64,000 bases of DNA from Candidatus Limnocylindrales bacterium (GTDB taxonomy: Bacteria; Chloroflexota; Limnocylindria; Limnocylindrales; CSP1-4): positions 130,681 through 194,680 of the forward strand of contig JBBRRZ010000001.1 in NCBI GenBank assembly GCA_038245845.1. Reading direction: 5' to 3'. Shown in pieces: positions 46,550 through 54,835 of the stretch; position 1 is the first letter of the stretch, and every line of letters begins with the position of its first letter. The position numbers and the translations under genes are program-made. The notes under the pieces are model-generated. The model saw only the letters and a program-made list of their open reading frames with translations, searched no databases and was not told the origin of the DNA.

Positions 46550-47398
46550 ATGTCCCGGATCGTCCGTGGCGCGCTCCTGCAGGCAACCTGGACCGGCGAC
46601 AAGGAGTCGATGATCCAGAAGCACGAGCAGTACGCGCACGAGGCCAAGGCGCAGGGCGCCCAGGTCATGCTCTTCCAGGAGCTGTTCTACGGCCCGTACT
46701 TCTGCCAGGTGCAGGATCCCGAGTACTTCGGCTACACGGAATGGATCCCGGACGGCCCCACGACCAAGCGCATGCAGTCGCTGGCCAAGGAACTGGGCAT
46801 GGTCCTCGTCGTACCGATGTACGAGGAGGACTCCACGGCCACCGGGATCTACTACAACACCGCGGCAGTCATCGACGCCGACGGGCAGTACCTGGGCAAG
46901 TACCGGAAGACGCACATCCCGCAGGTCAAGGGCTTCTGGGAGAAGTACTACTTCCGGCCCGGCAACCTCGGCTACCCGGTATTCGAGACCGCGGTCGGCA
47001 AGGTCGGCGTGTACATCTGCTACGACCGCCACTTCCCGGAGGGCGCCCGGGCGCTGGGCCTCAACGGCGCCGAGATGGTGTTCATCCCGTCGGCCACCAG
47101 CCGTGGCCTGTCCGAGTACCTGTGGCGTATCGAGCAGCCGAGCCACGCGGTTGCGAACGGATACTGGGTGGGCACGATCAACCGGGTCGGCATCGAGCCG
47201 CTGGGCGAGGACGACTTCTACGGCCAGAGCTACTTCTGCGACCCGCGAGGCCAGATCGTCGGCGGCGTCGGAAGTGCCCACGACGAGGAGCTCCTCGTGC
47301 GTGACATGGACCTCGACCTCATCACCGAGGTCCGCCAGACGTGGCAGTTCTATCGCGATCGCCGCCCGGACCAGTACGACGATCTCGTCGCGCCGTAG
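46550..47398 (+). CDS. Beta-ureidopropionase / N-carbamoyl-beta-alanine amidohydrolase (CN-hydrolase superfamily)
   Basis: Catalytic triad contexts FQELF (Glu), YRKTHIP (Lys) and VYICYDRHFPE (Cys). N-terminus MSRIVRGALLQATWTGDKESM resembles beta-alanine synthases. Confidence 0.85.
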   Translation: MSRIVRGALLQATWTGDKESMIQKHEQYAHEAKAQGAQVMLFQELFYGPYFCQVQDPEYFGYTEWIPDGPTTKRMQSLAKELGMVLVVPMYEEDSTATGIYYNTAAVIDADGQYLGKYRKTHIPQVKGFWEKYYFRPGNLGYPVFETAVGKVGVYICYDRHFPEGARALGLNGAEMVFIPSATSRGLSEYLWRIEQPSHAVANGYWVGTINRVGIEPLGEDDFYGQSYFCDPRGQIVGGVGSAHDEELLVRDMDLDLITEVRQTWQFYRDRRPDQYDDLVAP

Positions 47399-47465
47399 GC
47401 CTGTGTGCCCTGTTCGGGCCGAACGGCCCTGCTGGGCACCGGGGCGTCATCGGTTATGATCCCGC

Positions 47466-47502
47466 GCGGCTCGGCTGTCAAGGAGGAGGGCAGCCGAGCC
47501 GC
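47466..47502 (+). terminator. Perfect 12-bp stem-loop between the ureidopropionase and LLM genes (terminator/attenuator or processing site)
   Basis: GCGGCTCGGCTG-TCAAGGAGGAGGG-CAGCCGAGCCGC. The loop is purine-rich and SD-like. It lies 68 nt after the stop and 35 nt before the next ATG. No U-tract follows. Confidence 0.35.
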
Positions 47503-47536
47503 CTGATTCCCCGGAAGGCCGGTCAGGAGGTCGTCG

Positions 47537-48547
47537 ATGCAGTTCGGGTTCACGCTCAAGCCCGAGAACTCGATCAAGCGCACGATCGCGCTCGCGAAGC
47601 AGGCCGAGGCCGCGGGCTTCGCGTACGGCTGGCTGTTCGACAGCCACGTCCTGTGGCGCGATCCGTATCCGCTCCTCACGCTCATCGCGCAGGCGACGAC
47701 GACACTCCGCCTCGGCACGTGCGTCACGAACCCGGCGACCCGCGAGCCGTCGGTCACGGCATCGACACTTGCCGTCCTCAACGAGCTCTCGGGCGGGCGG
47801 ATGGACCTGGGCATCGGCCGCGGCGACTCGGCGCGCCGGGTACTCGGCAAGGCGCCGACGTCGATGAAGGACCTCGAGGTTGCCGTCCACGTGATCCGTG
47901 CGCTCGTCGAGGGCCGGTCGATCGAGTTCGAGGGCGCGATGCTGGAGCTGCCGTGGTCCGGCGGTCACCGGCTGCCGGTCTGGATCGCGGGCTACGGGCC
48001 CGTGGCGCTCAAGCTCACGGGGCGCATCGCGGACGGGGCGATGCTCCAGATCGGCGACCCGGACCTCGTGCGCTGGTTCGTGTCGCAGGTGCGGGCCTCC
48101 GCGCGCGACGCAGGGCGCGACCCGGACAACGTCGCGGTGATGGCGGCCGCCCCGGCCCACGTCGGCGACCTTGCCGATGGCCGTGACCGGACCCGCTGGT
48201 TCCCGGCGCTGGTCTCGAACCACGTCGTGGACCTCGTCAACAAGTACCCGCGCGAGGACCTGCCGGCCGAGCTGACGCAGTATGTCCGCGACCGCGAGGG
48301 CTACGACTACCTCCACCACGCCGAGGTCGGATCCTCGAACGCCTCGTTCGTGACCGACGAGATCGTCGACCGGTTCTGCCTGGTGGGCTCCGTTGACCAG
48401 CACGTGGAGCGGCTGCGCGCCCTGGCCGAGGCCGGTGTCGACCAGTTCAACCTGTACCTCATGAACGGCGACGAGGAGGAGCAGCTGGAGATCTACGGCC
48501 GCGAGATCATTCCGGCCCTGCGCGACGTGGCGCCCGCCCGCGCGTGA
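47537..48547 (+). CDS. Luciferase-like monooxygenase (LLM) class oxidoreductase, F420-dependent subgroup (resembles the TIGR03842 type from memory)
   Basis: MQFGFTLKPE...AEAAGFAYGWLFDSHVLWRDPYPLLTLIAQ...LGTCVTNPATREPSVTAS...GGRMDLGIGRGDSARR. AGGAGG RBS 7 nt upstream. Confidence 0.85.
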   Translation: MQFGFTLKPENSIKRTIALAKQAEAAGFAYGWLFDSHVLWRDPYPLLTLIAQATTTLRLGTCVTNPATREPSVTASTLAVLNELSGGRMDLGIGRGDSARRVLGKAPTSMKDLEVAVHVIRALVEGRSIEFEGAMLELPWSGGHRLPVWIAGYGPVALKLTGRIADGAMLQIGDPDLVRWFVSQVRASARDAGRDPDNVAVMAAAPAHVGDLADGRDRTRWFPALVSNHVVDLVNKYPREDLPAELTQYVRDREGYDYLHHAEVGSSNASFVTDEIVDRFCLVGSVDQHVERLRALAEAGVDQFNLYLMNGDEEEQLEIYGREIIPALRDVAPARA

Positions 48548-49356
48548 CCGTCATCGGCAGCATCGGCCGGATCGCCATCGCCCCGGTCAAGGGGCTCGCC
48601 CTGGTGCACCCGGCGGCCGTGGACGTCACGACGGACGGCGTCCCCGGCGATCGCGGCTACGTGATGCTCGATTCGGCCGGACGGCTTGCGAGCGGCAAGC
48701 GGTTCGGGCCGATGCAGACGATCGTCCCGTCGATCATGCCGTCGATCGCCGGCAACCGGGAGCGGCTCTCGCTCCGGTTCCCGGACGGGACGGTCGTCGA
48801 GGACGACGTGGACCCGGGCGACGAGGTCGACGCGATCTTCTACGGCGCCGCCCGACCGGCGCGCCTCGTCCGCGGCCCGTTCGCGGCGGCGCTGAGCGCA
48901 TTCGCCGGGCAGCCGCTGACGGTAGTGCGGCTGGAGCACGGGTTGGGCGTCGACCGCGCGGACGAGGGCGGGATGGTCTCGATCCAGTCGAGCGCGGCGC
49001 TTGCGACGATGGCCGAGGCCGCGGGCCTGGACGCGCCCGTGGACTGGCGCCGCTTCCGGATGACGTTCACCCTCGACGGCGTGCCCGCGCATGCCGAGGA
49101 CGGCTGGGTGGGACAGGCAGTCCGGATCGGTGGGGCGGTCGTGCGGCCGGGCGGCAATATCGGCCGCTGCGCGGTCACGACCCAGGACCCGGACACCGGG
49201 CTGCGGAGCCTCGACACGCTGCGGCTCATCGCCGAGACGCGCGGTGACGTCCTCGCAACGGAGCCGCTGCCGTTCGGCGTGTGGGCGGAGGTCGTCGTGC
49301 CCGGGCGCGTCGGCATCGGCGACCCGGTCGAGCTCGTCGACGGGGAGCGCCGCTGA
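48544..49356 (+). CDS. MOSC domain protein (N-terminal beta-barrel + MOSC)
   Basis: GTG overlaps the LLM TGA (GTGA). IAIAPVKGLA...GDRGYVMLD is the MOSC_N part, and GNIGRCAVTTQDPDTG carries the conserved MOSC cysteine. Confidence 0.8.
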   Translation: MTVIGSIGRIAIAPVKGLALVHPAAVDVTTDGVPGDRGYVMLDSAGRLASGKRFGPMQTIVPSIMPSIAGNRERLSLRFPDGTVVEDDVDPGDEVDAIFYGAARPARLVRGPFAAALSAFAGQPLTVVRLEHGLGVDRADEGGMVSIQSSAALATMAEAAGLDAPVDWRRFRMTFTLDGVPAHAEDGWVGQAVRIGGAVVRPGGNIGRCAVTTQDPDTGLRSLDTLRLIAETRGDVLATEPLPFGVWAEVVVPGRVGIGDPVELVDGERR

Positions 49357-49360
49357 CGCC

Positions 49361-49924
49361 GTGATCGACGGCTCCACCCTTGTCCGGGACGCGCTGGTCG
49401 CGGGGATCGCGCTCGCTGGCGGGTATGCGATCGGGTCGATTCCCGTGGCGGCCTGGCTTGGCCGGAGGGCCGGCGCCGGGGCCACCGGGGCGGGTTGGCG
49501 GCTGCTCACGCTGACCGGCGACCTCGCGAAGGGCACCGTGCCGGTGGCGATCGGCCTGGTCTCGTGGTCGTGGACCGCAGCGTGGGTGGCCGGGATGGGC
49601 GTGGTGATCGGTGCGTGCTGGCCCGCATTCGGTCGGTTCCCGGGCGGACGTGGCGTGACGACCCTGGGTGGCACCGCGATCGCGCTGGCGCCCGCGGCCG
49701 GGATCATCGCGGGCCTCGTGGCGCTGCTCGCGGCCGGTGTGGCCCGCCTCGTCCAGCGCGGCGCGCAGGTCCCGGCGACGGCAGCCGGCCTGGGCGCGTG
49801 GGTGGTGCTCATCGCCGTTGTCGAGCAGGACCTCGGGAGGCTCGGCGCCGCTCTCGTGCTGGTCCTCGTGGTCGGGTTCCGGATCGTGCTGGGAGATCGC
49901 AGCGGACGAGCGCCTCAGCCGTAG
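49361..49924 (+). CDS. PlsY-like (G3P acyltransferase family) membrane protein with a degenerate glycine-rich motif
   Basis: GYAIGSIPVAAWLGRR and GACWPAFGRFPGGRGVTTLGG align to PlsY motifs 1 and 3. The SGN-GATN motif region is shortened to GAGATGAG. GTG at 49361 is 5 nt after the MOSC stop. Confidence 0.6.
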   Translation: MIDGSTLVRDALVAGIALAGGYAIGSIPVAAWLGRRAGAGATGAGWRLLTLTGDLAKGTVPVAIGLVSWSWTAAWVAGMGVVIGACWPAFGRFPGGRGVTTLGGTAIALAPAAGIIAGLVALLAAGVARLVQRGAQVPATAAGLGAWVVLIAVVEQDLGRLGAALVLVLVVGFRIVLGDRSGRAPQP

Positions 49925-49961
49925 CGGCGCCGGCCAGTGCGCTGATGCACCGCGACAGCGG

Positions 49962-49991
49962 CGTCTGCGGTGCCCCGGTGCACCGCAGACG
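49962..49991 (+). terminator. 11-bp stem-loop after the PlsY-like gene
   Basis: CGTCTGCGGTG-CCCCGGTG-CACCGCAGACG, 38 nt after the stop codon. Confidence 0.4.
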
Positions 49992-50121
49992 AGCCGCGTT
50001 GCCCGAAGTTGTCCACGCTCAGTACGGTCCGGGGCGTTGCGGTGCGGGGTCCGGGGACGTTGGTCCCCCTCGACCAGGGGGGTCCGAGGGAAGACACTGG
50101 CAGCGTCAGGAGGTGTCCGCA

Positions 50122-50331
50122 ATGCCGTCGTTGTCCATGTTCAACCGTCGAGACCCTTGGTGGGAGTCCGACGGGCTGGCCGCCCGCCGGGAGCGCCGCA
50201 AGCGCGTCGTCATGGGCTCGCTGGCGTTCAGCGCGGCGGTCGTTGCGGTCGCCGCCACGGTGTTCGCGTGGTCTGTCGAGCTCGGCCTCGCGGCCGCCCT
50301 GGGGATCCACGCCGCGCTGCCCTTCGGCTGA
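50122..50331 (+). CDS. Small single-TM protein (69 aa), hypothetical
   Basis: AGGAGG at 50108-50113, 8 nt before the ATG. Strong GC3 bias. Basic N-terminal region then the TM helix VVMGSLAFSAAVVAVAATVFAWSV. Confidence 0.45.
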   Translation: MPSLSMFNRRDPWWESDGLAARRERRKRVVMGSLAFSAAVVAVAATVFAWSVELGLAAALGIHAALPFG

Positions 50332-50463
50332 CGCGCTGGCGCCACCCGCCGGCCCGCGAACCCGGGCCACACCGCTCCCCGCTCCCTCGCTACGATGTCC
50401 GCCACGTCGAGCGGCCCGGTTCGCCGCCGCCCGTCCGGATGTACCCGAGCGCGAGGAGCCACG

Positions 50464-51864
50464 ATGCGCACCCTGATCGTCAACGGCACCATCGTCACCG
50501 CCGACGGCTCATACCGCGGCGACGTCCTGGTGGACGGCGAGACGATCGCGCAGATCGGCACGGATCTCGCAACGGCCGGCGTGACGGCCGACGAGACGAT
50601 CGATGCGGCAGGCAGGTACGTGATCCCGGGCGCCATCGACGTCCACACCCACATGGAGCTGCCGTTCGGCGGCACGTTCGCCAAGGACACGTTCGAGACG
50701 GGAACTCGCGCGGCGGCATTCGGCGGCACGACGTCCATCGTGGACTTTGCGGTCCAGTCGCGCGGCCAGGGCCTCCGCGCGGGCCTCGATGCGTGGCACG
50801 CGAAGGCCGAGGGCAACGCGGTCGTGGACTACGGGTTCCACATGATCATGAGCGACGTCAACGACGACACCCTGGCGGAGATGGACATGCTCGTCGCCGA
50901 GGGCGTCCCGGACTTCAAGCTGTTCACGGCCTACCCGGGTGTGTTCTACAGCCCCGACGACAACATCTTCCGGGCGATGCAGCAGACTGCGCGCAACGGT
51001 GGGCTGATCATGATGCACGCCGAGAACGGCCCGGCAATCGACGTCGTCGCGGCGCAGCTCGTGGCCCAGGGAAAGACCGACCCGTACTACCACGGCATCG
51101 CCCGCTCCCCGATCTTCGAGGGTGAAGCGACGAACCGCGTCATCCGCCTGGCCGAGGCCGCGGGCGTGCCCGTGTATATCGTCCACCTGTCCGCGAAGGA
51201 GGCGCTCGACGCCGTCCGGGGGGCGCGCGACCGTGGCACCCACGCGTTCGCGGAGACGTGCCCGCAGTACCTGTTCCTGTCGCTCGACGACCTGGGCAAC
51301 GGGTTCGATGGCGCCAAGTTCGTGTGCTCGCCGCCGCTGCGCGAGAAGGATCCGCACTGGCAGGAGCTGTGGACGGGCCTCGTCAAGGACGACCTGCAGG
51401 TGGTCTCGACCGACCACTGCCCGTTCGACTTCCACGGCCAGAAGGAGCTGGGCCGCGGCGATTTCCGGAAGATCCCCAACGGGCTGCCGGGCGTCGAGGA
51501 CCGGGTCGACCTGCTCCACGACGGGGGCGTCGTGGCGGGCCGCTTCTCGAAGGAGCGGTGGGTGGACGTGATCTCCACCGGTCCGGCGAAGCTGTTCGGG
51601 ATGTACCCGCGAAAGGGTGCGATCGCCGTCGGGTCCGACGCTGACATCGTGATCTACGACCCCACCCGCGCACGCACGATCTCCGCGCAGGCCCATCACA
51701 TGGACGTCGACTACAGCTGTTACGAGGGCCGGACCGTGACCGGTGCGTCCGACGTGGTCCTCTCCCGGGGCAGCGTCGTCGTCCGGGATGGCGAGTTCAC
51801 CGGGCGCAAGGGCCACGGGACGTTCATCCGGCGTGGAACGGCGGACTACGCCCGCCTCGCCTAG
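50464..51864 (+). CDS. Dihydropyrimidinase / D-hydantoinase
   Basis: Start MRTLIVNGTIVTADG with a GAGGAG RBS. Metal ligands: AIDVHTHMELPF (HxH), DFKLFTAYPG (carboxylated Lys), MMHAENG, VYIVHLS and VVSTDHCPF. Confidence 0.9.
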   Translation: MRTLIVNGTIVTADGSYRGDVLVDGETIAQIGTDLATAGVTADETIDAAGRYVIPGAIDVHTHMELPFGGTFAKDTFETGTRAAAFGGTTSIVDFAVQSRGQGLRAGLDAWHAKAEGNAVVDYGFHMIMSDVNDDTLAEMDMLVAEGVPDFKLFTAYPGVFYSPDDNIFRAMQQTARNGGLIMMHAENGPAIDVVAAQLVAQGKTDPYYHGIARSPIFEGEATNRVIRLAEAAGVPVYIVHLSAKEALDAVRGARDRGTHAFAETCPQYLFLSLDDLGNGFDGAKFVCSPPLREKDPHWQELWTGLVKDDLQVVSTDHCPFDFHGQKELGRGDFRKIPNGLPGVEDRVDLLHDGGVVAGRFSKERWVDVISTGPAKLFGMYPRKGAIAVGSDADIVIYDPTRARTISAQAHHMDVDYSCYEGRTVTGASDVVLSRGSVVVRDGEFTGRKGHGTFIRRGTADYARLA

Positions 51865-51984
51865 GCAGACGTCCTCGCTGGACGACGATCCGGCCATCGC
51901 TTCCGCGCGCGGCGCCGGTTCGGCCTAGCATCGGGAGAGGCAGCGCGGGTCCGCCCGCCGCCACCGCAGTAGGAGCCGCAGCCG

Positions 51985-52290
51985 ATGTTCGTCACGCTCG
52001 TCCACATCCACGTCAAGCCCGACCAGGTCGACACCTTCCTCGACGCGACGCGAGCCAACCACGAGGCGTCCGTCCGCGAGGACGGCAACGTGCGCTTCGA
52101 TGTCATCCGCTCGGTTGAGGAACCGGGCCGCTTCATCCTCTGCGAGTGGTACGTCGACGAGGCGGCGGCGAAGGCCCACAAGGAGACGCCCCACTACGCG
52201 GCGTGGCGCGACGCGACGGTCGATGTCTTCGCCGAGCCACGCTACGGCGTCCGCTATGACGGCGTGTTCCCGGAGTCGGCCGCCCAGTGA
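51985..52290 (+). CDS. Antibiotic-biosynthesis-monooxygenase (ABM, dimeric alpha-beta barrel) family protein
   Basis: 101 aa, MFVTLVHIHVKPDQVDTFLDATRANHEASVREDGNVRFDV...EWYVDEAAAKAHKETPHY, the typical ABM/YgiN-like pattern. Confidence 0.8.
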   Translation: MFVTLVHIHVKPDQVDTFLDATRANHEASVREDGNVRFDVIRSVEEPGRFILCEWYVDEAAAKAHKETPHYAAWRDATVDVFAEPRYGVRYDGVFPESAAQ

Positions 52291-53486
52291 GCGCCGGCTG
52301 GTCGCTGGGGCGCATCCCGCGCATCGAGTTCGGCGATGGGGCGTTTGCCAAGGTCCCGGAGATCGCAGCCCGGCACGGCTCTCGGGCGTTGCTGGTCACC
52401 GGTGGCCGGTCGCTCGCGCAGTCGGGCAGGCGGGACGAGCTCGTCGCGGGGCTCGGGGCCGCGGGGGTCGCGCTCGCGGGCGAGGCAGCCGTTCTCGAGG
52501 AGCCATCGCCGGGCCTCGTGGACGGGATCGTGGCCGCGAGCCGCGGGGAGCGGATCGACGTCGTCATCGGCGTCGGCGGCGGGAGTGTGCTTGACGCGTC
52601 GAAGGCCGTGGCGGGCCTGCTCCTCACCGGGACATCGGTGATCGACCACCTTGAAGGGCTCCCGGGGCAGGTCTCGTGGCCCGGGCCGTCAGTGCCGCTG
52701 ATCGCCGTCCCGACGACCGCCGGGACGGGCTCCGAGATAACGCGCAACGCGGTCATCACGGCGCGCGCGCCCGACGGCTACAAGCGCTCGTTCCGCGACG
52801 AGCGGCTGGTCGCGGCAGACGCGGTGGTGGATCCCTCCCTGCTTGCCGGCCTGGGCCCGGTGTCGATCGCCACGAACGGCATGGATGCGGTCACCCAGTT
52901 GCTGGAGTCGTACGTGTCGGTCCGCGCGGGCGCGCTGACCGATGCCATGGCAATCGCCGGCCTCGAGGCGGTGCGAGACGGGCTGCTGTCGTGGCACGCG
53001 GAGCCCGACGGGCCGGGTGCGCCTGCCGCCCGGGCGCTGGTGGCGTACGCGGCGATGCTCTCGGGGATCTGCCTCGCGAACGCGGGCCTTGGTGCGGTCC
53101 ACGGGCTCGCATCGCCCATTGGCGCGCACTTCCCGGTGCCCCACGGCGCCGCGTGCGGGGCGACCCTCGCGGCGGTCACGGGCGCAAACATCCGGGCCCT
53201 CGAGGAGCGGGCGCCGGCCGGTCCGGCGCTCGACCGGTATGCGACGGTCGGGAGGGTGCTCGGCGGGCTGCCCTCGACCGCCCTTGCCACCGAGGGGCGC
53301 GCGGCGCTGGTTCGCGTGCTGGACGAGTGGACGCGCGTGCTGGGAGTGCCGGGCCTCGGGACCTGGGGGATCGACGAGACGGCGATCCCGGCGCTCGTTG
53401 CCGACGCCCGAGGCAGCTCGATGCGCACGAACCCGATCGTCCTCACGGACGACGAGCTGGCCGAGGTCCTGCGCGCGTCCCTCTAG
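52287..53486 (+). CDS. Iron-containing (group III) alcohol dehydrogenase
   Basis: GTG overlaps the ABM TGA (GTGA). NAD motif GVGGGSVLDASKAV and the metal-His region LGAVHGLASPIGAHFPVPHG. Confidence 0.85.
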   Translation: MSAGWSLGRIPRIEFGDGAFAKVPEIAARHGSRALLVTGGRSLAQSGRRDELVAGLGAAGVALAGEAAVLEEPSPGLVDGIVAASRGERIDVVIGVGGGSVLDASKAVAGLLLTGTSVIDHLEGLPGQVSWPGPSVPLIAVPTTAGTGSEITRNAVITARAPDGYKRSFRDERLVAADAVVDPSLLAGLGPVSIATNGMDAVTQLLESYVSVRAGALTDAMAIAGLEAVRDGLLSWHAEPDGPGAPAARALVAYAAMLSGICLANAGLGAVHGLASPIGAHFPVPHGAACGATLAAVTGANIRALEERAPAGPALDRYATVGRVLGGLPSTALATEGRAALVRVLDEWTRVLGVPGLGTWGIDETAIPALVADARGSSMRTNPIVLTDDELAEVLRASL

Positions 53487-54435
53487 CGCTGCCGGTCTCC
53501 GCGTGGGTTTCGTGGCGTGGCTCGGCGCGTTGCTCCGGGCGCGGGTTGGCGCGCGGCTCGGCGGGTGGCCAGATGCGTGGCTCGGCGCGTTGCCCCGGGC
53601 GCGGGTTGGCGCGGGTCTCGGCGGGTGGCCAGATGCGTGGCTCGGCGCGCGGCTCGGCGCGGGTCTCGGCGCGCAGCTCGGCGCCGGTCAGGGCTCGCCG
53701 CCAGGCGAAGAGACGGGTGCCCCTGATGTCGGCCCACACGAGCCCGGGATCGGCGGGTGGCGGTGACCCGGTCGTCAGGGCTCGGACCCATGCGAGAGAG
53801 CTGCCCGGAAAGCGGGCCGCGAACACCTCCGGGTAGCGCTCGACCAGGGCGCGGTTTGTCCGGGTCGCCCGGACAACCCAGCACGAGGCAACCGAGTACG
53901 GCATATGGCCCAGGGTCGGTGCGAGCCGCTCGGCCTCTGCGACCTTGCGGCTCGTCGACCGGGCGGCCCCCCCGATGTCCCCGATCGCGTTCCAGCACTC
54001 GACCAGCGTCAGGCGACGACGGAGGTCATCACGTAGCCCGACGTCCGCGGACCGGGACGGGTCCGCCGGCCGGGTCGGCAGCTCGAACGACCCGCGGATG
54101 CCCGCCGCGCGGGCCAGGCGGAGCACCAGCTCCTGGAGGACGAGATGGCCGGCGTCGGCCGTATCGGCGAGCGGGTCGCGCGGAAGGTCGACGCGGACCG
54201 ACGTGCCGAGCGCGACGCCGATCCGCTGCCACGTGTCCAGCGTGTGCCCGCCGCCTCGGCCGCGCTCGAGCGCGCTGACGGTCGAACGTGCGAGGCCGAC
54301 CAGCGCCCCCAGCTGCGCCTGGGTGAGCCGTCGACGGCTTCGAGCCGCGCTGACCTGGCCGCCCAGCCGGGCGAGCTGCTGCTGGTTGCGACGAGCAGCG
54401 TCGACCGCGATGTCCGATGCCCTGCGCTTGACCAT
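53443..54435 (-). CDS. XRE-family HTH protein with an uncharacterised central domain and a tandem-repeat C-terminal tail
   Basis: HTH is LTQAQLGALVGLARSTVSALERG. The central domain has an E...D...E-x-W pattern (FELP / SADVGL / LVECW), possibly nuclease-fold-like. The last 90 or so aa are RAEPR-type repeats. The 3' end overlaps the convergent ADH gene by 44 nt. Confidence 0.7.
   Translation of the reverse strand: MVKRRASDIAVDAARRNQQQLARLGGQVSAARSRRRLTQAQLGALVGLARSTVSALERGRGGGHTLDTWQRIGVALGTSVRVDLPRDPLADTADAGHLVLQELVLRLARAAGIRGSFELPTRPADPSRSADVGLRDDLRRRLTLVECWNAIGDIGGAARSTSRKVAEAERLAPTLGHMPYSVASCWVVRATRTNRALVERYPEVFAARFPGSSLAWVRALTTGSPPPADPGLVWADIRGTRLFAWRRALTGAELRAETRAEPRAEPRIWPPAETRANPRPGQRAEPRIWPPAEPRANPRPEQRAEPRHETHAETGSARGTRAGPRPARRP
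53515..53690. repeat. 60-bp tandem repeat (2.3 copies, 57/60 identical) followed by 12-bp CTCGGCGC periodicity
   Basis: Copies at 53515-53574 and 53575-53634 (GCGTGGCTCGGCGCGTTGC(T/C)CCGGGCGCGGGTTGGCGCG(CG/GT)CTCGGCGGGTGGCCAGAT), then CTCGGCGC every 12 nt to about 53690. It encodes 20-aa and 4-aa repeats in the XRE protein tail. Confidence 0.9.
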
Positions 54436-54669
54436 GACCGCTGCATGGTCGCCGTGAGCGCTTCACCGTCGCTTATCCGGCGGCCGCGGGCGGGCCGAAG
54501 CCGCGGAGCCGAGCTCCAGTCGTACCCGCCACGCGTGACGCGCCCATGCACCTGACACCGCGCAGACAGGGTCGGGTTGCATGCTGCCGGCGAGGGGCCC
54601 GGATCATGCGTTGTTCGCGGCTTCACGGTGTCGGTGACCACGCAGCGGGCGCCGGGGCCGGGTGGCGAC

Positions 54670-54835
54670 CGAGGTCCGCGACCTGGCCAACCGGGCTGCG
54701 TCCGCACGCGGCCCGAGGTCCGCGGCCCCGCCAACCGGGCTGCGCGATGAACAGGCGGGCGGCCCGAAGTCCGCGGCCCCGCCAACCGCGCGGCGCGATA
54801 GGCGAGCCTGGTCGCGCGATGGACAAGCGGGCGGG
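54670..54835. repeat. Degenerate intergenic tandem repeat (3 units, periods 44 and 51 nt)
   Basis: Core CGA(G/A)GTCCGCG(A/G)CC(T/C)(G/C)GCCAACCG at 54670, 54714 and 54765. GCGCGATG(A/G)ACA(G/A)GCGGGCGG also occurs twice. It lies between the mmsA stop and the XRE start. Confidence 0.8.

Noticed and set aside
51985-53486. ABM-fold protein plus Fe-ADH as a separate novel module
   Set aside because: Both are common accessory enzymes. The GTGA coupling is noted in the features, but I have no sequence-based reason to assign a specific new function beyond a possible semialdehyde reductase role in the pyrimidine cluster. They are therefore folded into the main finding.
53515-53690. Possible CRISPR array, given the regular 60-bp periodicity
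   Set aside because: The units are contiguous with no unique spacers. They lie inside an open reading frame, and no cas genes are present. The same reasoning applies to 54670-54835 and 35678-35755. They are tandem repeats, not CRISPR.
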